A stretch of DNA of 64,000 nt from an uncultured Chloroflexia bacterium (GTDB lineage Bacteria; Chloroflexota; Limnocylindria; Limnocylindrales; CSP1-4): assembly GCA_963728635.1 (NCBI GenBank), contig CAVSKR010000006.1:43203-107202 (forward strand). Reading direction: 5' to 3'. Position numbers and translations under genes: made by a program. Shown one piece after another: positions 55,528 to 64,000 of the stretch. Position 1 is the first letter of the stretch. Each line of letters begins with the position of its first letter. Under the pieces are notes generated by a model, which was given only the letters and a program-made list of their open reading frames with translations, had not been told where the DNA came from and searched no databases.

Positions 55528-56190
55528 ATGAAAGTCGCCATCATCGGAGCCGGCAATGTCGGCACAGCCCTTGCCACGTCGATCGCCCGAGCCGGCCACG
55601 ACGTCCTCATCACGTCGCGCGATCCGGAGGACGCCGCGAGCGCTGCCGCCGCCTCGGGTGCACGCATCGTCGAGTCGAGCGCAGCGGCCGCAGGCGAAGC
55701 AGATGTCATCATCCCCGCCGTGGCCTTCCCCGACTTCGAGGATGTCGCGACGGAGATCGCCGGCCCGGCGGCCGGCAAGCCCGTCGTCGACGTGACGAAC
55801 CGGATCGGATTCGGGGCCGCGGGACCGGAGATCGACACGACATCGTCCAATGCCGAGGAGCTTGCGACCCTGCTGCCGAAGAGCTCGGTCGTGAAGGCCT
55901 TCAACACGCTCTTCGCGTCGAAGCAGGTGGACCCCATCAGCGACGGCGTGCAGCTCGACGGCTTCGTCGCCGGCGACGACCCCTCGGCGAAGGCGAAGGT
56001 CCTCGAGCTCGTCCGCTCGATCGGCCTGCGCCCCATCGATGTCGGCCCCCTCGCTCGCGCGCGACAGCTCGAGGGACTAGCCTTCCTGAACATGGCGCTC
56101 AACATCGTCAACCAGGGTCCGTGGCAGTCGGGCTGGAAGCTCGTCGGTGCGCCGGCAGCCGATCCCGCAGCCGAGGGCGCTCGCCGATGA
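55528..56190 (+). CDS. NADPH-dependent F420 reductase-like / NAD(P)-binding pyrroline-5-carboxylate-reductase-fold protein
   Basis: GGAGG RBS, ATG; MKVAIIGAGNVGTALA Rossmann motif; ~220 aa typical of Npd. Confidence 0.7.
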   Translation: MKVAIIGAGNVGTALATSIARAGHDVLITSRDPEDAASAAAASGARIVESSAAAAGEADVIIPAVAFPDFEDVATEIAGPAAGKPVVDVTNRIGFGAAGPEIDTTSSNAEELATLLPKSSVVKAFNTLFASKQVDPISDGVQLDGFVAGDDPSAKAKVLELVRSIGLRPIDVGPLARARQLEGLAFLNMALNIVNQGPWQSGWKLVGAPAADPAAEGARR

Positions 56191-56678
56191 GCATCCCGGT
56201 CGCGCGCCTCAATCACGCGGTGCTGTACGTGCGCGACGCGACGGCATCGGCCGAGTTCTACGGCCGCGTCTTCGGCTTCGAGGTCGTCGAGTCGGCATTC
56301 GGCGGACGGGCCGTGTTCATGCGGTCCGCCAGCGCCGAGAACCACCACGATCTCGGCCTGTTCTCGGTCGGGCCGGACGCCCCGCGCCCGCCGCGCGGCT
56401 CGGTGGGCCTGTACCACCTGGCCTGGGAGGTCCCGACGATCGAGGATCTCGCCAGTGCAGCCGAGACGCTGTCGGCCGAGCGTGCGCTCGGCGGCGCTTC
56501 CGACCATGGCGTCAGCAAGTCGCTGTACGGAGCGGACCCGGACGGCAACGAGTTCGAGATCATGTGGCGCGTCCCGCGCGAGGCATGGGGCGAGTTCGAG
56601 AGCAAGGGCGCGGTGATGCCCCTCGACCTGGACGCCGAGCTCAAGCGCTGGGGGGCAGCCGGCGCCGCCCGCGCCTGA
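56187..56678 (+). CDS. VOC family protein (glyoxalase/bleomycin-resistance/dioxygenase fold)
   Basis: ATG overlapping upstream stop; VOC pattern (LNHAVLYVRDATASAEFYGRVFGFEVV, LYHLAWEV). Confidence 0.75.
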   Translation: MSIPVARLNHAVLYVRDATASAEFYGRVFGFEVVESAFGGRAVFMRSASAENHHDLGLFSVGPDAPRPPRGSVGLYHLAWEVPTIEDLASAAETLSAERALGGASDHGVSKSLYGADPDGNEFEIMWRVPREAWGEFESKGAVMPLDLDAELKRWGAAGAARA

Positions 56679-56681
56679 CGG

Positions 56682-57425
56682 TCAGGCAGCCGGCGGCTGG
56701 GCCGCCGCCACCGTGACCAGGCTGAGGATGTACACGTGCGCCATCGATCCCCACAGGATCGATCGCGTTCGCCATGCCAGCCAGCCGTATGCCAGCCCGC
56801 CGCCGAGCGTCGATAGCAGCTCCAGTGCGGGCTTGCCGACATGGGCGAAGGCGAAAGGCATCACGGCGATGAGCACCCCGATCGGCCCGACCGCCCGAAC
56901 CAGCGTCAGCATCAGGAACCCGCGGAAGAGGAACTCGGCCGACGTCAGGTCGAGGGTGTTGGTCAGCACGACGTCCTGGACCGGTGCCGCGCTCACCGCG
57001 TAGTAGGCGCGGACGTCCGGCAGGGACGCGAACCACAGCACGATCGGCGTCATCAGGATGCAGCCGGCCACGCTGAGCGCAACGCCCGCGCGACCGTCAC
57101 CCAACGTCCACCCGTAGCGCGTCGGCCGATCGCGGAACCCGAGCAGGACCACGGCGAGCGGCACGAGCGCGAACACCACGACCCGCTCCAGCGCGATCGC
57201 GCGGAGGGCGTCCGGCGCACGCCCGAGCTGGACGACATCAACAGGCAGCAGCACCCGCGAGAGGTCGACCAGGAAAATCATCGTCGTCACCGCGACCGCG
57301 GCCGAGGCGCGGGCCGGCAATCGGAGACCGACGAGTTCGACCGCCCGGCGATCCTCAGCCACGATCACATCGGCGGGCGGCGTGATCAGCCACGCCCAGG
57401 CGCGATCGAGGGGTGACGGGACCAT
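56682..57425 (-). CDS. CPBP family intramembrane metalloprotease (CAAX protease-like)
   Basis: EExxxR motif (SAEFLFRGFL) and downstream FxxxH (AFAHV); multi-TM. Confidence 0.8.
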   Translation of the reverse strand: MVPSPLDRAWAWLITPPADVIVAEDRRAVELVGLRLPARASAAVAVTTMIFLVDLSRVLLPVDVVQLGRAPDALRAIALERVVVFALVPLAVVLLGFRDRPTRYGWTLGDGRAGVALSVAGCILMTPIVLWFASLPDVRAYYAVSAAPVQDVVLTNTLDLTSAEFLFRGFLMLTLVRAVGPIGVLIAVMPFAFAHVGKPALELLSTLGGGLAYGWLAWRTRSILWGSMAHVYILSLVTVAAAQPPAA

Positions 57426-57523
57426 TCGCAGAGGGTATCCGTGAGGGGACCTGTCATCCTCGCGGTCGCGATTGCAAGACGGATGTAGCGCCGCGCCCGA
57501 GGCGGCCGGTTAGGCTGCGCACC

Positions 57524-57832
57524 ATGATCGTCCGGCTCGTGACGGCGACGGTGAGGACGGACCGCGCCGGCTCGTTCAACGCGCTGATGCGCGCACAACT
57601 CCCGATCCTGCGAGAGCATCCGGGGCTTGTCTACGTGAAGCTGGCCCGGCGGATCACCGGCGATGTCGAGGAGGTGCTGCTCTACGAGGAGTGGCAGAAT
57701 ACCGCCGCGCTCTACGGCTGGACCGGTGCCGAGATCACGCGTGCCAAGCTCATCCCCGGTGCCGAGGAGCTGATCACGGACGTCTCGGTCGTCCATTACG
57801 AGGCGCTGGATATCGACCCGCCGCTCGACTGA
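57524..57832 (+). CDS. antibiotic biosynthesis monooxygenase (ABM/Dabb) domain protein
   Basis: ~100-aa ferredoxin-like fold (MIVRLVTATVRTDRAGSFNALMRAQLPILREHPGLVYVKL); ATG at 57524. Confidence 0.6.
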   Translation: MIVRLVTATVRTDRAGSFNALMRAQLPILREHPGLVYVKLARRITGDVEEVLLYEEWQNTAALYGWTGAEITRAKLIPGAEELITDVSVVHYEALDIDPPLD

Positions 57833-58010
57833 CATCCCGGGGCGTCAGGAGGGTTAGGGCCCCGGCGCTCGACCGATCCCCCAGTGATGGGAGCGACACG
57901 GGACCCGTGCCGGGAGACTGGGCGCAGCGGTGCATCCGGGCAACGACCCGGAAGTACCAGTCCGGGGGAGTACCCTCTTGGACACCGGACCGGAGGACGG
58001 AGGGACGCGA

Positions 58011-58442
58011 GTGACCGACGAGGACCTGACGGACGAGATGGCGATCCTGCGGGCGACGTCCGATCAGCTGATCCAGGCCATCGCCGAGACCGATGCACGT
58101 GAGAGGCAGAAGCGCGGCAGGCTGCCCGCCGATCCCTCCTTCGTCGAACTGGCTCGAGGGGTGCGCATCGCCGCCGAAGTCGTCGTCGAGCTGGCGCGCC
58201 AGGAGGAGCGCACCGCCATCGAGATCGACCGTGAGTCGACCGCCGGCACCGTCCTGCCCCCCATTGAAGCCATGCATCCGGCACGGGAGCTCGCCAGCAT
58301 CCTCGAGGAGTGGCGGGCGGTCGAGAAGAAGATGACCACCGCGGAGGCGGGCTCGGCGGAGGCCGAGGCCCTGATGCTGGAGTTCGAACGGCTCCGCGAC
58401 GGCTACGCGCAGGCGCTCGAGGCGCGCCGCAAGGACCGCTAG
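58011..58442 (+). CDS. hypothetical protein (predicted helical/coiled-coil)
   Basis: GTG preceded by GGAGGG; Glu/Arg/Ala-rich; no motifs. Confidence 0.4.
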   Translation: MTDEDLTDEMAILRATSDQLIQAIAETDARERQKRGRLPADPSFVELARGVRIAAEVVVELARQEERTAIEIDRESTAGTVLPPIEAMHPARELASILEEWRAVEKKMTTAEAGSAEAEALMLEFERLRDGYAQALEARRKDR

Positions 58443-58464
58443 CGCGTTCCGTCCGTACGCTGGA

Positions 58465-59568
58465 TCAGCGAGACGCCTCGTGCTGGATGTGCCCGAATGG
58501 CCCGGGCACAGGCGTCCAGGCGCTCTCCCAGCTATCCGGCTTGTGCGCCCGCTGGAGGCGGGAGCACAGCTCGGGGTCGCGCTCCAGCAGGTCGACGAAG
58601 AGCCGCGCCAGCTCGGGATCGAATTGCGTGCCAGCGTGTCGATCGATCTCCGCGAGCGCCCAGTCGACCGGCCGGGCGGCCTGGTATGGCCTGCCGTGCG
58701 TGATGGCATCGAACGCATCCGCCAGGCGCACGATCCGGGCTTCGAGCGGGATGGCATCCCCGGCGAGGCGATCGGGGTAGCCCGATCCGTCGAAGTTCTC
58801 GTGATGGGAGCGGGCGATCTGCCGTGCGACCTCGAACCCGGCTCCCTGCGCAAGGATCTCCGAGCCCCACACCGGGTGGAGGCGCATGACCTCCCATTCG
58901 GCGTGGTCGAGCGGGCCGGGCTTGAGCAGGATCCGATCCGGGACGTGGATCTTGCCGATGTCGTGCAGCATCGCCGACCAGCCGATGGCGGCCGCCGTTT
59001 CCGCCGCCAGCCCCGTCGCGAGCGCCAGCTCGGTGGCGATCTCCTGGATGCGAACGACGTGGTCGCCCGTGTCGGTGTCCTTCGCTTCCGCACCTCGGGC
59101 CAGCGCGACCATCCCGTCGCGCTGCAGGTCGACGACCTCGATCGTCGCCGATCGAAGATCCACCAGGTTGCTCCGCACGCGGTCGAACAAGGCACCCGTG
59201 GTCGCACCGGCGATCAACAGCATGGCGCTGCGAAAGGCGGAGACCTCGATGCTCTCGTCGCTGCCGGGCAGTCCGAGTGCCGGCGCGACGGGCCCGAGCA
59301 CGACCCCGACGTACAGCGCGCTCAGGAGGCCACCGCGCAGGCCGAAGATGTATGCGCCCAGGAGGACGGGCAGGTACCCGAGGTGGTTCAGCGGGTTCGG
59401 CGTCCCGCCGGTCGACCGGACCAGGAGCAGAACGAGCAGCCCGGCGAGTCCGATGACGGCCACGCCGAGCAGGCGGATCGCGCGCAGGCGCGAGAGGTCG
59501 CCCGAGGCGAGGTCCGGCAGGCCCAGCGAACGGCCGTTGCGCGCGAGCGTCGAAGTCGGATAGGTCAT
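58465..59568 (-). CDS. membrane-anchored HD-GYP domain c-di-GMP phosphodiesterase
   Basis: N-terminal TM helices; HD motif (LHDIGKIHVPDRILLKPGPL) and GYP motif (HENFDGSGYPD). Confidence 0.85.
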   Translation of the reverse strand: MTYPTSTLARNGRSLGLPDLASGDLSRLRAIRLLGVAVIGLAGLLVLLLVRSTGGTPNPLNHLGYLPVLLGAYIFGLRGGLLSALYVGVVLGPVAPALGLPGSDESIEVSAFRSAMLLIAGATTGALFDRVRSNLVDLRSATIEVVDLQRDGMVALARGAEAKDTDTGDHVVRIQEIATELALATGLAAETAAAIGWSAMLHDIGKIHVPDRILLKPGPLDHAEWEVMRLHPVWGSEILAQGAGFEVARQIARSHHENFDGSGYPDRLAGDAIPLEARIVRLADAFDAITHGRPYQAARPVDWALAEIDRHAGTQFDPELARLFVDLLERDPELCSRLQRAHKPDSWESAWTPVPGPFGHIQHEASR

Positions 59569-59701
59569 GGTCGTCGCACTCCCGGGGAGGGGCAGCGTAT
59601 CCGGGGTGGGGGTCCGGTGGAACGCGGCGATGGTCCTCGCAGACGCGGGTACTTGGGGTCTACCGGCGCGTCCGGGATGCTCACGGCCCTACACTCGGCC
59701 G

Positions 59702-60232
59702 ATGGATGACGTCCCCGCCGAAGCCGTGTTGCGGGCCTTACGCCGCACGCGACAGGTCCGGCGCTTCACGGACGAGCCAGTCGACGACGCGGCGATCCAG
59801 GCGATCCTCGAGGTCGCGCGCTGGACGGGCAGCTCAGAGAACCGTCAGCCGTGGATGTTCATCGTCATCCGGGATGGAGATGTTCGGCGACGGATCGCGG
59901 AGCTCGCGCCGTATGCGCGGCACGTCGCCAAGGCTCCAATCGCGATCGCCATCCTGATGAACGGTGAGCATCCCGACGAGGACACCTACGATGAGGGCCG
60001 GGCGGCCGAGCGGATCCTGATCGCGGCGCATGCGCTCGACCTCGGCGGCGGCATCGGCTGGGCCGACAGCGCTGCCGAACAGGCCGCGGTCGGGGCGTTG
60101 CTGGGTGTCGCGCCGCCGGCCTGGGTTCGGACCGTCGTTGCGATCGGCCACCCGACGGACGAGGCTCGTCGGCCTCGGACGGGCCCCGGGACCGGACGGC
60201 GACCGCTCGCCGAGCTCATTCGCGAGATCTGA
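59702..60232 (+). CDS. nitroreductase family protein
   Basis: Nitroreductase N-terminal signature (RRTRQVRRFTDEPVDDAAIQAILEVARWTGSSENRQPW); ATG at 59702. Confidence 0.75.
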   Translation: MDDVPAEAVLRALRRTRQVRRFTDEPVDDAAIQAILEVARWTGSSENRQPWMFIVIRDGDVRRRIAELAPYARHVAKAPIAIAILMNGEHPDEDTYDEGRAAERILIAAHALDLGGGIGWADSAAEQAAVGALLGVAPPAWVRTVVAIGHPTDEARRPRTGPGTGRRPLAELIREI

Positions 60233-60265
60233 CCGAAGGGCGCGCTCGGGTGAGGCGAGCTCCGG

Positions 60266-61351
60266 TCAGGCACGTCCGCCGGCCGGCCGGAAGACCGTCA
60301 CGAACTCCTCGCCACGGACCACGGTGTACGAGTCGAACTCGACGAGTGAACCGTCGCCGCGCGGCATCCGGAAACGTGACTCCGCGGCACCCGCCTCGGC
60401 GAGGATCTCGAGCATCACGGTGACCTGCTCGGTCGAGCCCGGCGTCACGAACTCCTGCCAGTGATGCCCGACCAGCGGACGCCCGAAGTACGTCTGAGCG
60501 GCCTCGTTGGCCTCGAGGATCAATGCCTGTGCGTCGTAGCGGACCATCGGCAGGTTCGAGGCGCGCCACCAGGTGCCCTCTTCCGGGGCTGCCTCCCTGC
60601 CGTCGCGTCGGGCGACCCATCGGGCGCCGTCGGCGACGACCGTCGCGTGGGGGTACAGGCGGCGAATCCGCAGCTCGAGTCCGCCGGCGGTCGGCTCAGG
60701 CATCCGTCCGAGGGCACGAACTGCGTAGCCGCGGAACGCCGGGTCGGCCTCCGGGATGTATGCGATCGAGGTCGGACCGGCGGCCGGGGTTCCTCCGACG
60801 CTGATCTCGACGTCGTCCGCCAGCCGGAAGACGCCGAAGATGTCAGCACCGTCCTTCTCGGAGTGGAGGTCGATGGCGATCACGTCGCCTGACGTCGGTC
60901 GAAGCAGCACGGTCGCCGTGAGGCCCTTCCCCTCCTCGATGATCCGGAACAGGGCGACCGAGTCCTCGAGCGTGCCCGGCACGATGAAGTCGGTGAAGTG
61001 ATGGGTACCCGGTTCATCGCCATCGATGCCCAGGAGCCCGACGGCCGTCGCATTGGCTTCGGTGATCCAGCCGGACGCCGAGACCGTCACTCGGGGGAGA
61101 TCGGGGTCATCCCACCAGGAACCCGCGAGCGACGATCCCCAGGCGCCGTCCCGGTAGACGTACCACGCCGGCGCTTCGCCCGAGATCGTGCGCTCGCGGA
61201 CGACGACGCGCGGGAACATGCGCCTCAGGCGGGTTTCGAGGTCCGCTGGGCTTGCCACTCGCCTCAGCCTTTGGACATGGTCGCGAAAGGCTGCGTCGGA
61301 GCTCGGGATCGTTATCAGAGCGGGCTTGATCGGCCCCCGGGTCATGACCAT
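60266..61351 (-). CDS. hypothetical protein with two PAS-like folds and no output domain
   Basis: Two repeats resembling PAS cores (WITEANATAVGLLGIDGDEPGTHHFTDFIVPG and ILEANEAAQTYFGRPLVGHHWQEFVTPG); start ATG 61351 or 61366. Confidence 0.45.
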   Translation of the reverse strand: MVMTRGPIKPALITIPSSDAAFRDHVQRLRRVASPADLETRLRRMFPRVVVRERTISGEAPAWYVYRDGAWGSSLAGSWWDDPDLPRVTVSASGWITEANATAVGLLGIDGDEPGTHHFTDFIVPGTLEDSVALFRIIEEGKGLTATVLLRPTSGDVIAIDLHSEKDGADIFGVFRLADDVEISVGGTPAAGPTSIAYIPEADPAFRGYAVRALGRMPEPTAGGLELRIRRLYPHATVVADGARWVARRDGREAAPEEGTWWRASNLPMVRYDAQALILEANEAAQTYFGRPLVGHHWQEFVTPGSTEQVTVMLEILAEAGAAESRFRMPRGDGSLVEFDSYTVVRGEEFVTVFRPAGGRA

Positions 61352-61455
61352 GCGCGCACACCACATGATTCATCGGTGTCCCGCCCGCGGTCATTGCAAA
61401 ACCATCAAGACCCGGGCCGCCGGGCTTACGTCCGTCCTCAACCGTTGGCCCGGCG

Positions 61456-61698
61456 TCACCGGTCGACGCTGAGGTGGGCCTCCTCGGCGTGCACTTCGAT
61501 CTGATCCGCTCGGACGCCCACCTCCGCGGCGATCGAGCGTCGTGCAGCTTCGGCGATGGCCGCCGGCCCATCGCCGTCGAACTCGAGCCACGGCATCTCG
61601 ACGACCTGCCGGCGCTCCAGGGCGACCCGATAGCGCGGGGTTCGTCCCTGCTTCACCAGGTGGCGGCCGGCCCGACGTGCTTCCCTCCGTCGTCCCAT
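61456..61698 (-). CDS. hypothetical small protein
   Basis: 80-aa ORF MGRRREARRAG...; the longer ORF-track call 61456..61875 runs through the tRNA fragment. Confidence 0.3.
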   Translation of the reverse strand: MGRRREARRAGRHLVKQGRTPRYRVALERRQVVEMPWLEFDGDGPAAIAEAARRSIAAEVGVRADQIEVHAEEAHLSVDR

Positions 61699-61774
61699 GG
61701 CGCAGAGTCTGGCGGTGCCCCCATGTCGTCCGTGGCGGAGCGCGCCTCGACCAGGTTGCAGGCGCATCGACCGT

Positions 61775-61825
61775 TGGCCCGCCCGGAGGGATTCGAACCC
61801 CCGACCTACTGATCCGAAGTCAGTC
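61775..61825 (-). repeat. 51-bp 3'-half fragment of tRNA-Arg(TCG), perfect direct repeat of 63742..63792
   Basis: tggcccgcccggagggattcgaacccccgacctactgatccgaagtcagtc identical at both loci, with divergence immediately after. Confidence 0.8.
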
Positions 61826-61921
61826 AGAGGAACGGGCCACACGTTCAGGGCTTCCGGGCTCGAGGGTGCCCGCAAGGCGCTCGGCGCGGCGCCAAGGAGC
61901 CAGGATTTCCGGGGTATTGAA

Positions 61922-61958
61922 GGACCCTCCGGCCGGGAGGTGACTGGCCGGAGGGTCC
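61922..61958 (+). repeat. perfect 13-bp inverted repeat (stem-loop) GGACCCTCCGGCC-n11-GGCCGGAGGGTCC
   Basis: Read directly from sequence; lies ~100 bp inside the repeat-bounded segment; no U-tract follows. Confidence 0.5.
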
Positions 61959-62400
61959 CACGGCCCCCTACGGGCTTCGACAGTCAAAACGAACCTGGGC
62001 CGGATGCGTTAGGGTCCGCCGCCGACGCGGGTTGGGCGCCCCGGCGGAAGCCCGTGCAGGGGGGTGACACGGAGTACCGAGACGCCCGCGGCTAGCGTAC
62101 GTCGCCGGCCACGATCCGTTCTCACCTGCCGTCGCGATGGATCACGGCGCCACGGTCGGCAGCCGACGCCCGATGCGTACCCGCCAGATGTAATGCCCGC
62201 GATGCGTCGAGAGAGGTGGGAAGCACGGCCTTCGAAGCCACTGGTGGACCAACAATCGACAGAGTGACGGGCGGCATGGGGCTGTTGCCGCCCACTGACG
62301 CGCGGAAGGAGCGATGGCGAGCAGGCGGGATCGGTACGAACGTGGAAATCGGCCGCGTTTGGCCGAGTCTGAAGCGCATGCCCCGAATCCGGGACTGGTG

Positions 62401-62631
62401 ATGCAGGAGGCCCTTCGGCGCCTCGCCGACTGCGAGCGTCGTCTGCGTCGGGAGGCGAATTCCAGCGACCGGTATCGCGAGCTCACCTACGAGGTCCAGG
62501 CGTTACGCGACGAGGTGTTGCGTCTGGCTCGAGAGACCGCTGAGGAGCTGACGGACGCGGACGCTCAGGCCGATGCAGAGGCAAGAGATACGAACGTGAG
62601 ACGGCTGCCGCGTCGGCGCGTCACCGGATAA
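62401..62631 (+). CDS. hypothetical small coiled-coil protein
   Basis: ATG MQEALRRLADCERRLRRE...; an alternative earlier start at 62314; weak support. Confidence 0.25.
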   Translation: MQEALRRLADCERRLRREANSSDRYRELTYEVQALRDEVLRLARETAEELTDADAQADAEARDTNVRRLPRRRVTG

Positions 62632-62851
62632 GCGCGATCCTGGAGGGAGCGGCCTTCAGGTCGTTGGCGGACGACCCGACGGCGAGCTCGACGTCTGGCG
62701 CATCCGGCTCAACTGCGGCATCTGCTAGAGCTTGGTAGCGAACGCCGCTCTTCCTCGATCGTCCGAGCTCGAAGCCATCGCGCCGTCCGCCATGTCGCAC
62801 CCGTACGGTGAGGGCTAATCCGTCCCATGTCCGAGTTGACCGAAGACTTGG

Positions 62852-63127
62852 TCAGACGTGCCTGTGTAGGTCCGCCTCAGGTGTCGCTGGGGCATCGTCG
62901 CCGCGCGGCGGCTGTTGCCAACCCAGCTCCGACACATCGCGCTGCGGGACCGAAAGGTGCACGACTTCGTGCTCGACATTGGCGATGGCCGATGCAGGAA
63001 CGTAAATGTCGCTTGCCAGCCCGGTGGAGGTGAGAACATAGTTTTGTCCAACTTCCCGAACTTCGCCAACGCGGCGTCCGTCGTTCCCGACCACCGTCCA
63101 GCCAGGCTTGAGATCTGCCATTCGCAC
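62852..63127 (-). CDS. PRC-barrel / DUF2171-like small protein
   Basis: 91 aa with DGRRVGEVREVGQNYVLTS...DIYVPASAIANVEHEVVHLSV pattern resembling PRC-barrel stress proteins. Confidence 0.45.
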   Translation of the reverse strand: MRMADLKPGWTVVGNDGRRVGEVREVGQNYVLTSTGLASDIYVPASAIANVEHEVVHLSVPQRDVSELGWQQPPRGDDAPATPEADLHRHV

Positions 63128-63346
63128 TTTGGTCCTTGAGCCTCCTCGGGGCAGAGTCCGACTACCTTAGCCCGCGTCCGCGCGGGTGTACGTGGAAGGA
63201 GATCCATGGGTCGACCCTCACGATGAACCTCGTGGCCTCGCTCCGAGCCTTTCAGGCGCGCCGGGTCGAAATTCGCGGCTACCTTGATCCGGCGCGATAG
63301 AGTAACGCGGACGGGAACGTCACCAGCAACCGAGAGGAGAGGTCGC

Positions 63347-63628
63347 ATGGGTATCATCTCTTGGATCGTGGTCGGCGCGATCGCCGGCTATCTCGCCGGC
63401 CTCCTGGTCAAGGGTGACGAGAGTCTCGGCGTGATCGGTCATATCGTCCTCGGCATCGTCGGGGCGCTCATCGGTGAATTCCTCGCCGGAGTCCTGACGG
63501 GCGGAACGGACTACACCACCGGCATCAACGTCACGACGATCGTCGTCGCGACGATCGGCGCGGTCATCGCAGTGGTCGGCTACAGCGCCATCCGCGGACG
63601 GTCCCGGTCCGGTCGCGGACCGATCTAG
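63347..63628 (+). CDS. GlsB/YeaQ/YmgE family stress-response membrane protein
   Basis: AGGAGAGG RBS; MGIISWIVVGAIAGYLAGLLV... Gly-zipper TM helices typical of this family. Confidence 0.7.
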   Translation: MGIISWIVVGAIAGYLAGLLVKGDESLGVIGHIVLGIVGALIGEFLAGVLTGGTDYTTGINVTTIVVATIGAVIAVVGYSAIRGRSRSGRGPI

Positions 63629-63741
63629 CCGCACGCCACGACCGGAGGCCGCATCCGGCTGAGTGGGGTACGGCCGGGGGTACGACACTGAATCAAATGG
63701 CCCTCCGGAACGCCCGGAGGGCCATTTCGTGCTCAGGATCA

Positions 63742-63818
63742 TGGCCCGCCCGGAGGGATTCGAACCCCCGACCTACTGATCCGAAGTCAGTCGCTCTGAT
63801 CCACTGAGCTACGGGCGG
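63742..63818 (-). tRNA. tRNA-Arg, anticodon TCG (UCG) by manual folding
   Basis: Reverse complement folds with acceptor CCGCCCG/CGGGCGG, D-arm GCTC...GAGC, anticodon arm ACTGA-CTTCGGA-TCAGT, T-arm GGGGG-TTCGAAT-CCCTC, discriminator G, encoded CCA. Confidence 0.85.
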
Positions 63819-63937
63819 ACGCGCGGATGATACCGCGATGCTCGGCGGTGCCGGCCGCGACTCGCTGCGTCGGCGCTCCCCACTCGTGAGGACTAGCATC
63901 AGCGCGAGCCGAGCGCTCAATAGGAGGAACCCATCCG

Positions 63938-64000
63938 ATGACCCGTCAGCGCGTCAGCCTGTTGGTCGTGGCCTGGCTGCTCGTGGCGTGCACGTCCGGC
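63938..64000 (+). CDS. 5' end of a lipoprotein gene (continues beyond window)
   Basis: AGGAGGAA RBS then MTRQRVSLLVVAWLLVACTSG (signal and lipobox). Confidence 0.4.
   Translation, partial: MTRQRVSLLVVAWLLVACTSG

Larger units (their letters stand above)
61775..63792 (-). mobile_element. candidate remnant integrative element (~2 kb) delimited by the tRNA-Arg 3'-end direct repeats; no integrase
   Basis: attL/attR-like 51-bp repeats; the interior has visibly lower GC in places and carries only small accessory-type genes. Confidence 0.35.

Noticed and set aside
61456-61875. ORF-track protein containing DFGSVGRGFESLRAG (also 63693..63920)
   Set aside because: That peptide is the translation of the tRNA-Arg T-arm/acceptor DNA on the minus strand; only the downstream 80 codons are kept as a low-confidence small ORF

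Overview
This window is a very high-GC (~70%), gene-dense chromosomal segment. The gene content suggests an actinobacterium or similar: F420-type enzymes, LAL/LuxR, ECF sigma, IclR/TetR, PntAB. I support about 65 protein-coding genes, two tRNA genes and one duplicated tRNA 3' fragment. No rRNA or CRISPR was seen. Many overlapping ORFs on alternate frames and strands are high-GC artefacts. All family assignments below come from reading the translated ORFs for conserved motifs, not from database searches.

Main modules, in order:
(1) A translationally coupled phenylacetate catabolic operon: PaaF/G-like hydratase, paaA, paaB, paaC, paaD, paaH, an embedded lipoprotein, then the paaJ thiolase. No paaE reductase is present.
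(2) An A-type Fe-S carrier, a Lon N-domain protein, a sulfite-oxidase-like Mo enzyme, and a GT2 glycosyltransferase with a flippase-like membrane protein.
(3) A large catabolic supercluster for quaternary amines (choline, glycine betaine or a related betaine), with genes in this order:
- a divergent IclR regulator;
- an enolase-superfamily (MR/MLE) enzyme;
- an aldehyde dehydrogenase;
- a non-pyrrolysine MttB-family methyltransferase;
- a dimethylglycine/sarcosine-dehydrogenase-like FAD enzyme carrying a GcvT domain;
- heterotetrameric sarcosine-oxidase-like subunits in the unusual order A-(G)-B-D;
- an Fe-type alcohol dehydrogenase.
No corrinoid protein is evident in the cluster.
(4) A stress and repair block: OsmC frameshifted in a G6 run, an F420 LLM oxidoreductase, a GNAT, an ATP-dependent DNA ligase, rhodanese, and a class-V aminotransferase.
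(5) A tRNA-Ile with the unusual anticodon TAT. It is followed by a NERD-like membrane protein, a PT-repeat/SH3b secreted protein, an orphan N4/N6 DNA methyltransferase and a 1075-aa LAL regulator.
(6) A cupredoxin lipoprotein with an AlaX-type editing protein, an ECF sigma/anti-sigma pair, SDR, MFS, YbaK, DUF4188, TetR, MgtC, a K+-channel/RCK protein with a non-canonical filter, and PntAA-PntAB-PntB.
(7) A c-di-GMP module: a BcsA-like GT2-PilZ synthase without BcsB and a membrane HD-GYP. Nearby are tryptophan 2,3-dioxygenase, an XRE-cupin regulator, an F420-reductase-like protein, VOC, CPBP, ABM, a nitroreductase and a tandem-PAS protein.
(8) A ~2-kb segment bounded by a perfect 51-bp direct repeat of the tRNA-Arg(TCG) 3' half. 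This is the footprint of an integrated element or remnant. No integrase is present.
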